Positions 1 through 12,767 of a stretch of DNA of 64,000 nt are shown piece after piece (position 1 is the first letter of the stretch; each line of letters begins with the position of its first letter). The notes beneath the pieces are model-generated. The model was not told the DNA's origin. It saw only the letters and a program-made list of their open reading frames with translations, and did no database searches. Source of the DNA: Harriotta raleighana (Eukaryota); contig JBNZDD010013726.1 of assembly GCA_050575255.1 (NCBI GenBank), positions 9,206,618 through 9,270,617 of the forward strand, written 5' to 3'. Made by a program: the position numbers and the translations under genes.

Positions 1-550
1 GATTCATCTTATTTTGCACTTGTCATGAATGAGAATGTCTTGTCAGGGCCTTTACGGAAATAGAGTGGATCCCTGACCATAAGGGAAATAGGAAAGAGAG
101 TTGAATGAGATCGAAGTGTCTGGAGGTTTTGGCCATCAACGGTTGAATATATTAGACACTAAAAACCCGATAATTCAACATTCGAAAAGCCAACAACTCA
201 AAAAACCCAGGGATTTCAAAATACATACACTGTAGGACAGTATTAATTGTTTTCTGATGTCCAGCAAACCTCCCGAAGTTCGGAACAGCTGCTTGTAATT
301 CCTAGCATCCGTGTTCTGTCCCCCGACACTGTGGGTGGAGCTCAGGCATTTTTGCACTTAAGTGCTGTGTTTACAGCACACATCGTGTAAGGGGCAGAAC
401 TCCCCTCCCATTTCTAGGTTGGTTTCTAAATACTGGCAAACTCTGAAATCTGGGAAGTGAGTGGACTCAGCCTTGCAGGATTCTTGAGGTTTTATTGCAC
501 CTGNTTCGACAGCTTTAAAGGGTGGTGGATATGTTAAACATACAATATAT

Positions 551-690
551 ACAACAACAAGATTGCATTTACAGAACGTGTTTCACGTCGGGAGGACGTC
601 CCAAGGCTCTGGACAGTTGGTTTAGGACCCGAGCAGGGGGAAATGATCAGGGGGAGGGGAGGGGAGGGAGGGAGCGAGGAGGGGGTAGAG
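551..690 (-). mobile_element. L2-type LINE 3' end
   Basis: (CAA)n tail followed by TTGCATTTA...TTTCACGTCGGGAGGACGTCCCAAGGC. The same terminus recurs at 23375-23515, 30796-30925 and 33790-34066. Confidence 0.7.
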
Positions 691-744
691 AGTCGAGAGT
701 CATTAAGCAGCCAGCCACCATTAACTGAAGAGACTTGTTTTCAC

Positions 745-834
745 CTGTTTACGTTCCTCAGGGTTCAGAAACAAATAGCGAGAGTCAAACACTATCTTGT
801 GCAGCTCCTTTTCCCAAGTAGAAAATGCGGACAC
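745..834 (-). CDS. TCERG1L: TCERG1L coding exon (FF domain: [30 protein letters not shown]), 90 bp, phase 0/0
   Basis: Reverse strand reads ttttgcttttag|GTGTCCGCATTTTCT...CGTAAACAG|gtgaaa. The translation matches the TCERG1/TCERG1L FF-domain segment [19 protein letters not shown] and is in frame with exon 12632-12767. Confidence 0.96.
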
Positions 835-3574
835 CTAAAAGCAAAAGAATAAAAACTTGTTTGTATACACTCAACAGTATGCTAATAATGCAATCTGCCT
901 TTGTTTCAATTTGACTGAGTGCAATGCTAATTTGAATTTACAACAGTATTTCAGAATGAAAGGCAGATTTAGCGAATATATTCATTCCATCAAAGATGTT
1001 TCCTTTCTGCAAACAGGGATTGGTGGATTAACAATAAACATAGAATATTTCACAGGTGGAAATCACCGCCACTGATTCATCTTATTTTGCACTTGTCATG
1101 AATGAGAATGTCTTGTCAGGGCCTTTACGGAAATAGAGTGGATCCCTGACCATAAGGGAAATAGGAAAGAGAGTTGAATGAGATCGAAGTGTCTGGAGGT
1201 TTTGGCCATCAACGGTTGAATATATTAGACACTAAAAACCCGATAATTCAACATTCGAAAAGCCAACAACTCAAAAAACCCAGGGATTTCAAAATACATA
1301 CACTGTAGGACAGTATTAATTGTTTTCTGATGTCCAGCAAACCTCCCGAAGTTCGGAACAGCTGCTTGTAATTCCTAGCATCCGTGTTCTGTCCCCCGAC
1401 ACTGTGGGTGGAGCTCAGGCATTTTTGCACTTAAGTGCTGTGTTTACAGCACACATCGTGTAAGGGGCAGAAAGAACTCCCCTCCCATTTCTAGGTTGGT
1501 TTCTATATACTGGCAAACTCTGAAATCTGGGAAGTGAGTAGACTCAGCCTTGCAGGATTCTTGAGGTTTTATTGCACCTATTAAACCAACACTATTACAA
1601 TTATAAGATACTGTCGTGTATTCGCAAAACTTTTATTGGAAACTAAGTTGGATGGTACAGCAAGTAGAGCTGTCATAACTTTTGCAACTATTCTGAACGG
1701 TCTGTTTACTAAATTTGGTGGAACAAATTTCCTTAATTTGGCAGAACAAATTTATAGTTAAGAAGGCAATTCACCAAGCAGAATTGTGCAGAAATGTATT
1801 TGTCATCCTCTAACTAAGGCCATCAATCTTCTGTATAGTTGTTGTTGCTTGAGAATGCTTCATGGATATCAGAACTGAGTTAGCAGGATACAGTCTGACA
1901 CCTGGAATAATTAAATCCCCCATGTCAAGACAGGTGTCATCCACCCGCCATTATTCTGCGCTCTTTTAGAATCACTGGTGTCCTGAATTGGAACGTTTTA
2001 TAACACTATCCTGAATTCCCGAGTTTTGCAATTTGGGAATAAGCTATGTCTTCAAACCTTACATTCTCTACACAGGAAGTCACTTTGAATTTTCTGCACC
2101 AAATCCTGAATATAAGTAATTGCTAGTCATAAACCACCATTGTCTGCTTTCCTTAACTAATTGACCATTGTGAGGAAGCGTATCCCCCCCCCACCCCCGC
2201 CTCTGTCAATTCAATACTAAAATGATTATTAAAACGTACGTTATTCGGTTTTACTTTACTTTGAATTTTGTCGAAAAATTGCCCAAGGAATATAGATGGG
2301 GTTGCCAGTGGGTGGCGTGAAAGCGTGGTTTGTAATGCGAGACATTCCACTCCTGAGGGTATTCCAGTCATCAAATATCTTGAAGAACACACTTCCAACT
2401 GTGTTCAAATGGTTGCACCCCAAAGCAGATCCTATCAACTATTGAACTGTTGAGCTGTGGGTTCAGTCCCAGTGAAATTTGATGTTCCCTCAGCTTTCTC
2501 TTGCAGTATTTTCCTCCTGCCTGGGCATTTTTTTTTTTTACAAACTTTTATTCACTAATGATCATGTTGAACATTTGCTACCAGACCAATTTATTGATTC
2601 ACAGTGCCTTCTCCTCATTTATAAACCATAGGCAGGATGGGTCTCTCTAGTGGAAAATGGAGACTTATCCCTTAGTCACTAATCAGGCAGAGTTGCCAAA
2701 GGTGACTTAGTTATAGGGCATAACTAAAGGGAATAAGAGCGTTATTCTCTTCTAAATTTCCCAGTATCTTGTCGGTTTGTTTTCCCCATCTAGCTTTGTG
2801 TAAATGAGCAGTATAATCATAATCTTTGCAAAGCTATGAAGCACCAAACACTGCAAAAAGGCTGACATTAAAATGATTTCATATTAAATTGCCTCATCTC
2901 AAACATTTCACCAGCAAGACCCCACATTGTGCTGAAGGGATGCATTTGTAGTGTTTCTTCAGATTCTGTCACATTCTGGTCTTGCAAATTAAAAGCGACA
3001 GCACAGCGGATACGGTGTGTAGTGAACAATTCTCCTGAATGTTAAACAAATATATTGCAGCTGTGAAAATTCCTCATACGGCACAAGTACAAACTGACCT
3101 GCATTCAGCTTTAAATCCAGGTTTTGGGGATAGAGAAAAATACTGGTTTGAAAAACAATATCAGTTATTGCAGCAATTGTAATAGTGGTAGGTTATTTTC
3201 CCCTATGGTACTGCCTTCACTGGCATATTTACCCTGCGTTGATGAATGTTGGTTCTTTTTATTAAAAACAAGTTGTTGGTGGGTCTAACAAATGGTGTAC
3301 TTTACAAATCAAATGCAAGTATTATTGTTCAGAAATTCCGAAAGTATTGAATAGCAGCTGTCGAGATCTGCTGGAGAAGAACCTCGCCCCCATGATTAGG
3401 AGTGAAACTGAGCAATTTCTGACCTCTAGCGTTAGCTGGCTAGTTAGTGGCATTCCAACGTTTTGCTAAGCAAACAAATTGACTACGCAGTTATCTCAAA
3501 CACCAGCAGGTGAACGACGCAATCTGCAAATTGAATGTGTGACCCAGTTTCTTGGGCATCAGCCTTGAGATACA

Positions 3575-3955
3575 GATCCTTATCACCTTGTTGAGACATC
3601 TCAAAGTGCTTCACGTGATATACTGTAAAGTGGAGTGACTGTGCATTTTGTGAGCAAAACATGGTAGTTTTGTTTCGTTGCGCACAGCAGAGCCCCATAA
3701 ACAACCATGGGAGTAAGTGATCAATTTTATGTGGGGCATTATTGACCAGGACATCGCGAACAATTCGCTTTTCGAACAGCCCCATAGGATCCAGCCACCA
3801 CCTCTCCCACCCCCAACACAGATCTGCATTGGAGTGTCAGCTTATACTACGCGACTGTAATCTTATCACTTCATAATCGCGTTACAATAATAATCACTGC
3901 ATTTGATATGGCGCCTTATCATGTCTTCAAGACATCTCAAAGTGCTTCAAAGTGT
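3575..3955 (-). mobile_element. Degraded SINE 3' fragments (two tails plus a Deu-like piece)
   Basis: GAGACATCTCAAAGTGCTTCAC..TACTGTAAAGTG and AATAATAATC..TGCATTTGATATGGCGCCTTATCA match the SINE tail seen in fuller copies in this window. Confidence 0.65.
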
Positions 3956-4958
3956 TGTGTTGATAAAGTAGTGCTCATGCGGAGGAGAAATACCAGCCGT
4001 TTTGATCAAATGGATCATTTCCATGCTCTATGTAACATTCTGTGTATTTCTATGCAACTTGCCTGGCAAGTATGAAGGAAAACTTTCTTTCACTTTTCCC
4101 CTTCCCTCCAACAAAGTCAAAAAGGTTTCCAAATTATTTTCTTCATTATGTAGATGCTGCTTAAGCAGAAAAACAAACTTATAAATTATCAGGAAACTCT
4201 GTTCTAAAAAAGGCATCACGTTTGCACGAATATAACTGATGTGAGTCTATCAGAGATCCTGTAATTAATTGTGTTAGAATATTCCATTTAATATTCTTAG
4301 AATATCTGATTTATTTTAATTGCACAACCCATTCAGTTTAATTGCTTAATTTGGAGAATTTATTTGGAAAATCAATGCAGCTTCATACAAATACAAATTG
4401 GAACCAACAGTGGCTATGGAAAACCATTTGAATCAATTGAGACTCGAGTTTCAGATTCAAACCACACAAGGTTCAGATTGCACTGATATGGAAAATAATT
4501 TATGGTCATAGGGAAGAAATTCCCCAGAGTGTCAGTGAAACAAATTCTTCAAATCGGTGGATCTATAGGACAGTTTGTGGAAATTAGTGGAATCAAGTAG
4601 ATATTCCCCAGGCTACTAGAGAATAAAATACTGTCCCATTTGTCCAATAGGGCAATCAAATGAAAGGGGCATATTTTCCGGACGGGTACATAAGTGGATA
4701 AACAGACCCATCGACCCTCCCACAGAAATCGATATTTCAAACAACTTGATCGAGCCCTATTCTGTTGATGTGGCTTTTCAAAGTATCCAGAAAAAGCCCA
4801 AATTCTTAATCCTAAAGTCAGTTTTGTGCAAGTTTTAAAACCGACCGATGTTTTGACTGAATTCAATATATTTTTATATCACGTTCCGTTTGCTCTAAAA
4901 TGCTGCGATGAGCACATGTAGATCCAGGTTAAAAACTGCTCTCCCAAATTCCTTAAGT

Positions 4959-5305
4959 GTAGTCCTGTAGCAGATTGGTTAGAGCACTCGCTTCACAATT
5001 GAGAGGACCAGGGTTCGATTCCCCGGCAGGTAGGTACTGTTCCTTACTCCGCATGCCTCTGTTTATCCACCGGTAACTAGGAACCAGGTTGTTAGCTGAT
5101 TGGCGGATCACTTCCCCCCAAAAAAAAAAAAATTAGGTCATTCAATCCACAAATGTTTATGGGAAACTGCAATGCGCAATTGGTTCCTGTGTTATGCCCA
5201 TGAAAAAATACAGTAAATTTGCTTTACAGTATATTCTGTGAAATGCTTCGAGAACATCTCAAAGATGTGATAAGGCGCTATATCAAATACAAGGATTATT
5301 ATTAT
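4959..5305 (+). mobile_element. Full-length tRNA-derived SINE with L2-type tail (resembles chimaera SINE2)
   Basis: Pol III A box (TAGCAGATTGGTTAGAGC) and B box (GGTTCGATTCC), then the body and the tail GGCGCTATATCAAATACAAGGATTATTATTAT. At least 10 related copies occur in the window. Confidence 0.88.
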
Positions 5306-6734
5306 AACGGCTGAATGTTCCATCCATACATACATTGCCGAACAGTCCTTTTAATTAACTGTTCAGCCAAATGTCTCCTAATCTGAATCTTTATTACCAG
5401 GAATGCATCTCTCAAGGATTCCTTTTTCAAATTTGTCTAGTGAAGCACATTATTATCAGAAATTCCAATGTGCACAACCACCTCTTATTCTTGGTTTCTT
5501 CACACTGGTGTTTTGATCCATACAAAAATTCAGTTGACTGCATCGATCACTCCTGCTATTTCAATGGTGCTGAACAATGACAAGAATTTTATTAGAATCT
5601 TCTCCTGTAGCTACATTCATATATCGAGCATTCAACAGTATAATTAAGTACAGTACAATGAGCGTAATCAAACTTACAAGTATTGTACTGAGGTCTAAAA
5701 ATGCAATATTCATTACCTGGGAGCACACAGGATTTTTAGATGTATAATAGGACAAGTAACTAGATATGCAGGAACACAGGACCAGATATGCAGCAACATT
5801 CAAATTGTTATCAATTTTTAGATATGATTTAGGCTTTAATGGTGCATTTAAATAATTAGCAAAGCTTTTACTGTCTGACTACATGTAACACTACATGTTA
5901 ACCTCACCTAACCTAATTCAGGGCTAGTAGGGGAAACCTTATGCATTCCACAGTGCATTTCCACAGGTAATTATACAGCAACCAAATTAAACGGTAGGCA
6001 CCTGCCTTTTGGAAAAACATCAACTCTCCCAAATTTTGCTTCAATAATAATTAAAGTAACAGGAAAGGGAACCGCTATGAATTCTAAAATTGATACAACC
6101 CAAATCCTTAGCATTTCTGGGGCTTAAACAAAATGAATCATGACCTTGTTTCTATTGAAATTGCACATGTCAAAAGAAGTATGTTATTGAGTAGTACATG
6201 CCACAGGTGAGGTATTTAATTTCATGTTTTGCATGCTTTTTACCAGAGGTTTTCGCTAGACCAAATACAGTACAGTATAACAGTACTGGATCAACATAAC
6301 ATGACACATGGCCTATTTTAAAAAGGCCAATATGTACTATAATGGTACTATAAACAGATTTTCCTCTGGCAAAATACCCCTGCAACTTTCAATCCTGTTA
6401 TATTGCAGTTAAGCCACTGAAATGTCCGTAACAGTAAAACATTGTTGAAACCTACTGCCTTAACAAATGGAAATAAGCCATTTAACCTGCGTAAATGTAA
6501 TGGCGAGAGCAGAACTGCAACATAAACGGGGAAGAAAATATTCTGCACGTGAAAAGTTAGCAGCTATTAAGGAAGTATGTAATACTACCAGAGAAGATGA
6601 CTGTGTGTTGGACCAGTCTAATGGGCAAGGGCAAAAGCAATTCCTCAACAGAGTGTCTGCTTGCTGAATGTATTAAATTCTGAAGTAATATTTTCTGTAA
6701 TTTGAAATTATACGCTAGTAATGGTTATTACTAG

Positions 6735-6998
6735 AGCCGATCGACTTCAAGATTCTCACTCCTATGTTTAAATCCCTCCACTCCTCAGCAACCCCCTTAC
6801 TCTATTCCCCTCTCCTCACAGCATTACCTGCTGCCTCCAATCCATTGGGTCCAGCATCCTACTTGTCCCCCGAATCCTCCTCTCCACTATCAGTGGCTGT
6901 GCTTTCAGCCACTCTGCCCAAAGCTTTGGGCACTCCCTCCCTCAACCCCTTTGCTTCACCACCTACTTTCCCATCTTCAGGTCGCACCTAAAAACCCT
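6735..6998 (+). mobile_element. L2 LINE 3' ORF2/UTR remnant
   Basis: CGATCGACTTCAAGATTCTCACTCCTATGTTTAAATCCCTCCAC (RIDFKILT.MFKSLH-like) ... CACCTAAAAACCC is typical of the L2 C-terminus. Confidence 0.7.
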
Positions 6999-9424
6999 TC
7001 CTACTGCCTCTGCCTCGCATTCAATGCAATTAAATGAAATATGCAATCAGCCAATGTGCAATTAAACAGAGTATGCACTGTAAACAGGACTATTTGTCAG
7101 AATCACAAACTCGGGTTTCTGAATTGGGGTTTGGAAAATGAACACGGGACAAATTCCAAATCACCAAAGTTGGAAGAATAGCAGACAAGTGTAAAACTGT
7201 TCACGTTTTTCTTTGTCAGATTAGTATTCTGGAAGAAGGAGAACTAATGGGCTGGAGGGAATTCTTCCTGCGAACCAATCGTAAGATCTTGTGAATCCTT
7301 CAGAAGTTTCTGAATTTAAACTACAAGTCAGAATGAAGTCTCAACAAAAAAAAGATTTCGAAGAATTGTGCTTGTAAATAATAGAACTGCTGACATTAGA
7401 AAATTTTGCTAAAATATTGCAATGGTAGATCAAATTTCAGATACTCTTTTTATTAAACTTTTAATTATATGGCACATTAATTTACATTTGGACAGAATAC
7501 AAGTTGCCATTTTGAATGCTGAAAATTCTTCAGGTGAGCACAAATATTGTTTTAATGTCACAAGATGATGCATTTAAAATTGTTGATTTGGATTTGATTA
7601 CAGCCTTTGTAATGTTTTACAAACACAAAATTGTTAATTGTTATTATTACACAGGAACACTTTTGGCTGACTTTGTGACTTTTAATCACCTGAAAAAAGA
7701 CTGCAAANTTTGGATTTGATTACAGCCTTTGTAATGTTTTACAAACACAAAATTGTTATTGTTATTATTACACAGGAACACTTTGGGCTGACTTTGTGAC
7801 TTTTAATCACCTGAAAAAAGACTGCAAATGATCAGGGTGCAACCACAAGTTTCAATGAAAAGATTGTAAACCATATGCCAACTGATATGAAATTCCAGAT
7901 GATAATCGGATTTTGAATAACTAGATGTCAAACGGGGAGCATTTCTACGTGGGTGTTTTGTGAAAATTCATAAGATTCATTTTGGACAGCAAGAATTGGA
8001 ATAAAAATCACTCGCACTATCACAGCAGAAATAGTGTACGGTTTAATTGTACTTTTTGCAACAGTTTGCCTTGGAAAGAAACGGCATGGAGTCCAACCCC
8101 CATTTGTAACACAGGTCTGCGCATACCTATACTATGGAACAAAGGCTTGTGTGAAAAGAAAATCCCAAATGCTGGCAGTAACCTATCACTGCATCCTCTT
8201 TCACCTATTTTGTTAAATAGAGTAATGGATTATTTCAAAATGGGCCAATGGTAAGTAGAGATACTGAAGACAGTGACTCTCCGCAGCCAGAACTTAGCCC
8301 CCACAACTCTTTGTAACCCGTAGCAATATATTCACTTCAGTCTGCAGTTTTAGACTTCAAATGCAAGGATTATTCTCATTATTATTTAGTATCATTATTA
8401 TTTTAAGCAGGTACGTATTCAGCCAAATCATTAATAAATACAGATAATCCTTGCATTTAGTACAGCGCCCTATTACATCTCGAATTCCTGATAAGATGCT
8501 ATATTAAATGCAAGGATTATTATTACTATAATTCAGAGTTATCCGTGATGAAAATCCGTGATGATTAATACATTGCACAGTAAACAAACCCACCCACAAT
8601 CAGTAAGTTATGAGGCAAGTCATGTATCCCTCTTGGATTTTATTGCAATGCAGTGCCTATTTTCATAGGCATAACATGAAGCGATAAGTACTAGCTGTAT
8701 TCCTCATGAGGTTTGTGGCCAATCTTTCATTATGCTGGTATATTTTAAACAGCAGAATACTGAGTTCAGTGCCTTAATGTCATACAATTTTACTTTTTCA
8801 TCAGCCTGAAAAAAAATCACAAAAACAATATCTTGTGGCAGGTGACCTAGATAACCTAATCAATGAAACTGAAGTCATAGAGTACTGCTTGATCGATGTG
8901 AATGCACAGTACACAGGTGACAACATATATCTAAACCAATTAGAGACAACAATTTTAGTCAGCAGCCATAAACTGAAACCCATTTTATGCAAGTGCTTTA
9001 ATCTATTACAGAAGCAAAAAATAGTATAGATGTAAAGCACATTTTCCTGGGAAAAGAAACTGAAAATAGCTTATCACTTAGTTTGTTCAATAACTACTGT
9101 ATGTGCTGTTTATAACTACAAAACAAAAGCTCCAAAACAAACCCCACACAGATCTCTTTTGAAATTTTGTTACACAAGAGCATAGTCTAACAGTTATTCA
9201 GAATATCTTCAGTCGTAGCTTTCCGTAACACGCACCGTGAGTAGAAACTAAGAATGTCAGAGAAATTGGAGGTTATTCCAGATTGAAAGATACACTTCAA
9301 CTGATCCTGTAACTTTAACGCTTTAGAGAAAAAAAATCCAGTGCAATATCCAGACACAATTGGCAATTAAATATTGCAGTATATATTATATTTAGGAAGG
9401 GAAAAAGGGTAGCATTGTTGGTAA

Positions 9425-11005
9425 GAGATATAAATAATGAGGGAGATGGAGACAGAATCCATCTTGGCTAGAGATAAAGGATACAAAATGGACTCGCCAT
9501 GCATTTGGAGATGAACTTCAGGGCATCCAACAGTGGAAAAGAAGTAGAAGAGGAAATATGCAGGCGGATAAGGGAGATGAGCAAAAATAAGCAATAACCT
9601 TAGGGATTTCAATTAGATTGGCAGAGAGGGAGTAGGAGGCGAGAAGGCAATGGAGTTTTTGCAATGCGTGCAGGACACTTTCAGGATATGTAGGAACTCT
9701 AGCAGACACTGCTTGTCCTAGTTAAGGGCAATAAGCCAGCCAGAGCAGTTCAAGGATCTCAGTGTGGGGGAATAAATTAGGGTTAGAGTTCCTCGGAGGT
9801 GGTGCTCATGATACAATAATAGGCAAAATAATTATAGAAAGGGAGCTAGGCAAGTCAAGGACCAAAGTTCTGGATTAGAAAAAAAGATAATTATATATAT
9901 ATACTGTATATATATTATTTGATTGTATAGCATGAGGAAAAAACTGGAAGGAAAATTGCCAAACAAACGTGTTGAGCAACAATAGATTTTTAAGCACAAA
10001 TTAGAAATGGTACAGGAAAAATATGTTCCATTGATAAATAATAATAAGAATCCTTGCATTTGATATAGCGCTTTTCACATTTTATCAAAATCTCAAAGCG
10101 CTTCACAGAATATACTGTCAAGTGAATTGACTGCATATTTGTGGGCGAAACGCAGCAGCCAATTACGCACAGCAGTGTCCCACCAACAGTCGTGGATTGA
10201 AATTACCTATATTATTATTGTGTTTTTTTTTGTGTAGGGATTATTATTAGGCGTGTGGAGTAAGGAAACTTGTCCAAGGTTTCGCCCTGATCTGCCTGGA
10301 TTCAAACATAATGGAATGTAAAACCAAAATTGTAGCTAAGGATAAAAGCATTGGAAAAGCACAGAAGAACAACAGAGAGGAAAATAGTGTACATGTATAT
10401 AGCAAAGTTAGGAAAGTGCTTAAAAGAGAATTAGGAATGCAAAGAGGAACCATGAACAGGACACAACAGAAATATGAAAATAAACAGAAAAGAGTTCTAT
10501 AGGTATATTAGCAATAAAAGAATGGTTAAAGTTGGGCTAGGAGAGGAGAAGAGAAGGAGCTCACAGCAGATAATAACGAGATAGCAGATCTACAAGAATA
10601 ATACTTTGCATTAATTTTCAAAAAGGAAACTGATAAAGAAAGTACTGTACATTATTTTGTTATGTATTCTCTGCGTATTCATTTTTAGATTTGTGTACCA
10701 AGTTCAGGTACATTTAAACTAAATCAAGAGTCTAAATGTTTACTGACAGCAATGCAAACTAGGGGATCAAAAAGAGAATTCAGGAGAAATAACTTCACGC
10801 AGAGGATAGCGAGATTGTGGAACTCGCTGCTTGAAGTGGTGGTTGAATCACGTGCATTTAAGAGGAAGCTGCCCCTTCACACAAGGGAGAGAGGAATAAG
10901 AGGGTATGGGAGGGTGTAAAGGAATGTGTGGAGAAATGCGTGGAGTACAAACACTGGCACGGACTGGTTGGGCTGAGTGGCCTATTTCTGTGCTGTACAG
11001 TCATT
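9425..11005 (+). mobile_element. Decayed CR1 LINE (endonuclease region and 3' end; RT domain deleted; interrupted by a SINE)
   Basis: Remnants read ESI.LEI..., GDFN.DW, EFLQCVQDTF, FYRYISNKR and N.YFA..F. The 3' end reads RRNNFTQR..LWNSL and carries the tail GGGCTGAGTGGCCTATTTCTGTGCTGTA. Confidence 0.8.
10037..10289 (-). mobile_element. 5'-truncated tRNA-SINE nested in the CR1
   Basis: AATCCTTGCATTTGATATAGCGCTTTTCAC...GGAGTAAGGAAACTTGTCCAAGGTTTCGCCCTG is the reverse complement of the SINE body. Confidence 0.9.
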
Positions 11006-11730
11006 GTAAATAGGCTGAACTAGTGGCTTGGTGGAAACAGTGCAGTTCAATATTACTTTGCGGAAATTCATACTGTATTTGCTCTGGCTATTATGAAGCA
11101 CTAAAATCTTCCCTTCCCACTTTGCTGAGTGGAATTTTGTTTCAGAATTTTTCAATGAGAGCATGTGACAGAACAACGGAATGAGTATTGTTTTCCACTT
11201 AGTTATTTGAAGCAAGTTCCTGGTGCAATTTATACCATCATCCATCTGTTGTTAGCTGACAGCAAACAGTATTAAAAGGAGAAGGCAAAACAGAAAACTG
11301 AATCTAGTTGATTGCTGCAGCAATAGCTCAGGGTTTTGTAGCAGTGCTGTTGGAAAGACAAAAGAGATTAAATGGTACATTCTTTGAGCAATTTCATCTC
11401 CAATCTGGTTACCATGTCCTGGTCCAATTTTAGCAATCTTTTAAGTAATTGTACTACATTATGCATCCATTTTTAGATTTGTGTACAAAGTTACGGTACG
11501 TTTAAATTAAATTTAAAGGCTGTATACCTGTACTGACAGCAGTGAAATGAACGGCTTCATTTAACCTCTAGGCTACGTTTTAGTCCTTTGCCTTCATGTG
11601 GCAATTTATTATGTCAATTCATTACACCCAAGTTAAGATACAAGCATTTTTACTGAATGAGATAAAGTAAGAAAAAAAAATTCTATTCACAAGACGATAT
11701 ATTTTGTTTGACTAAACACACACTTAAGTA

Positions 11731-11980
11731 AATAATAATAGTTGTTGCATTTGATACATGGCCTGTCGCCTGGTTGAGATGTCTCAATGCATTTCACAAA
11801 ACATACTGATTGACTGTATTTTGGGAGAAAAAGCAGCAACACAGCAATTTCCCACAAACAACCATTGAGTGAGTGATCGATTTTGTTTTAATTTGGGGGA
11901 ATAGTTGGCTAGGACCCCAGAAGAGAGAAACTCACTTCTCTTTTTGAATAATGATGTGGTTATGTTTAACATCCATCAGG
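11731..11980 (-). mobile_element. Deu-domain SINE remnant
   Basis: SINE tail plus TTGGCTAGGACCCCAG...CTTTTTGAATAATGATGTGGTTATGTTTAACATCC, the reverse of the Deu domain seen at 29410 and 46092. Confidence 0.65.
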
Positions 11981-12631
11981 AAATCCCAAGCCTCACAATA
12001 CCTGATGGATGAATCTTGAAAGAGAAGGAAAGAGAAAAGGAAAGAGAAGAAAAGGGTAGAGCACCAAATGATCGTGTGGTTCATCTTCCTGTCATTTATA
12101 GATGATCCATGACTAGGTTCGTAGAGATTTCAGCGTCTTTTGAAAGTAAGGTATTATTAGAGAATGAATCTTCTGTTGGGTGTCATCGCCCCCCCTCCAC
12201 CCCCTCCCAGGAAAACTGTGCGTATGATATTGCAGGAGTAGGAAACGTATTTTGCTGATGCGATATTGAACACTGCACATATATATGTAAATCTGTAGAC
12301 ATTACTACACAGAAAATCAGGTTTGATTCTTTAAGAATAGCTCACGATGCATATTCTTGAAAGAGGAGCCCAGATAGCCATTCCTGTCTGAAGGCTGGCT
12401 CCACACTCAATTTATACTATCGAGAGGAGACTTGACAATGAAAATCTGCATCGCCCATCAAATTATTTGACCAACTATTGGGAAACAGTATCAGTTGAAA
12501 CAGACTAATTAGAGTTTTAATTTCATTTAAAAAAAATGTCTTTCTTGCAGCATGCTGAAACAAACAGATTGATATGTGAGGAAGGCAAATCGAAATCAAT
12601 GATACATTTATGGTAGAAGTTTTCTTCTTAC

Positions 12632-12767
12632 CCCTCTCTCCAACAGCATATCCCGGAAATGATTTATCCGTTCGTCTAAGGGGAGAGCGGTCCTGTGTGC
12701 GGTGTTATTCAGATTTTTCCCATCCATTTCTTCCTTTGCTGGTTTAGCGATTTCTACCTGTTCGATT
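12632..12767 (-). CDS. TCERG1L: TCERG1L coding exon ((K)IEQVEIAKPAKEEMDGKNLNNTAHRTALPLDERINHFRDMLLERG), 136 bp
   Basis: ttttgaaag|AATCGAA...GAGAGAGGG|gtaaga. The C-terminal LPLDERINHFRDMLLERG is the start of the first FF domain of TCERG1L. Phases agree with both neighbouring exons. Confidence 0.95.

Larger units (their letters stand above)
1..1579. repeat. Near-identical duplication (1-502 = 1074-1579) next to a single-n join at 504; probable assembly/haplotype overlap
   Basis: The copies differ only by a 4-bp indel and 2 substitutions; the identical 60-aa ORFs at 175..357 and 1248..1430 reflect this. Confidence 0.85.

Noticed and set aside
4959-5030. tRNA-like sequence (also at 31509 and 42060-42132)
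   Set aside because: No complete cloverleaf, and it continues into a SINE body; these are SINE heads, not tRNA genes.
7587-7828. About 120-bp tandem duplication
   Set aside because: Near-identical copies separated by a single n (7708): an unmerged contig overlap, not biology.
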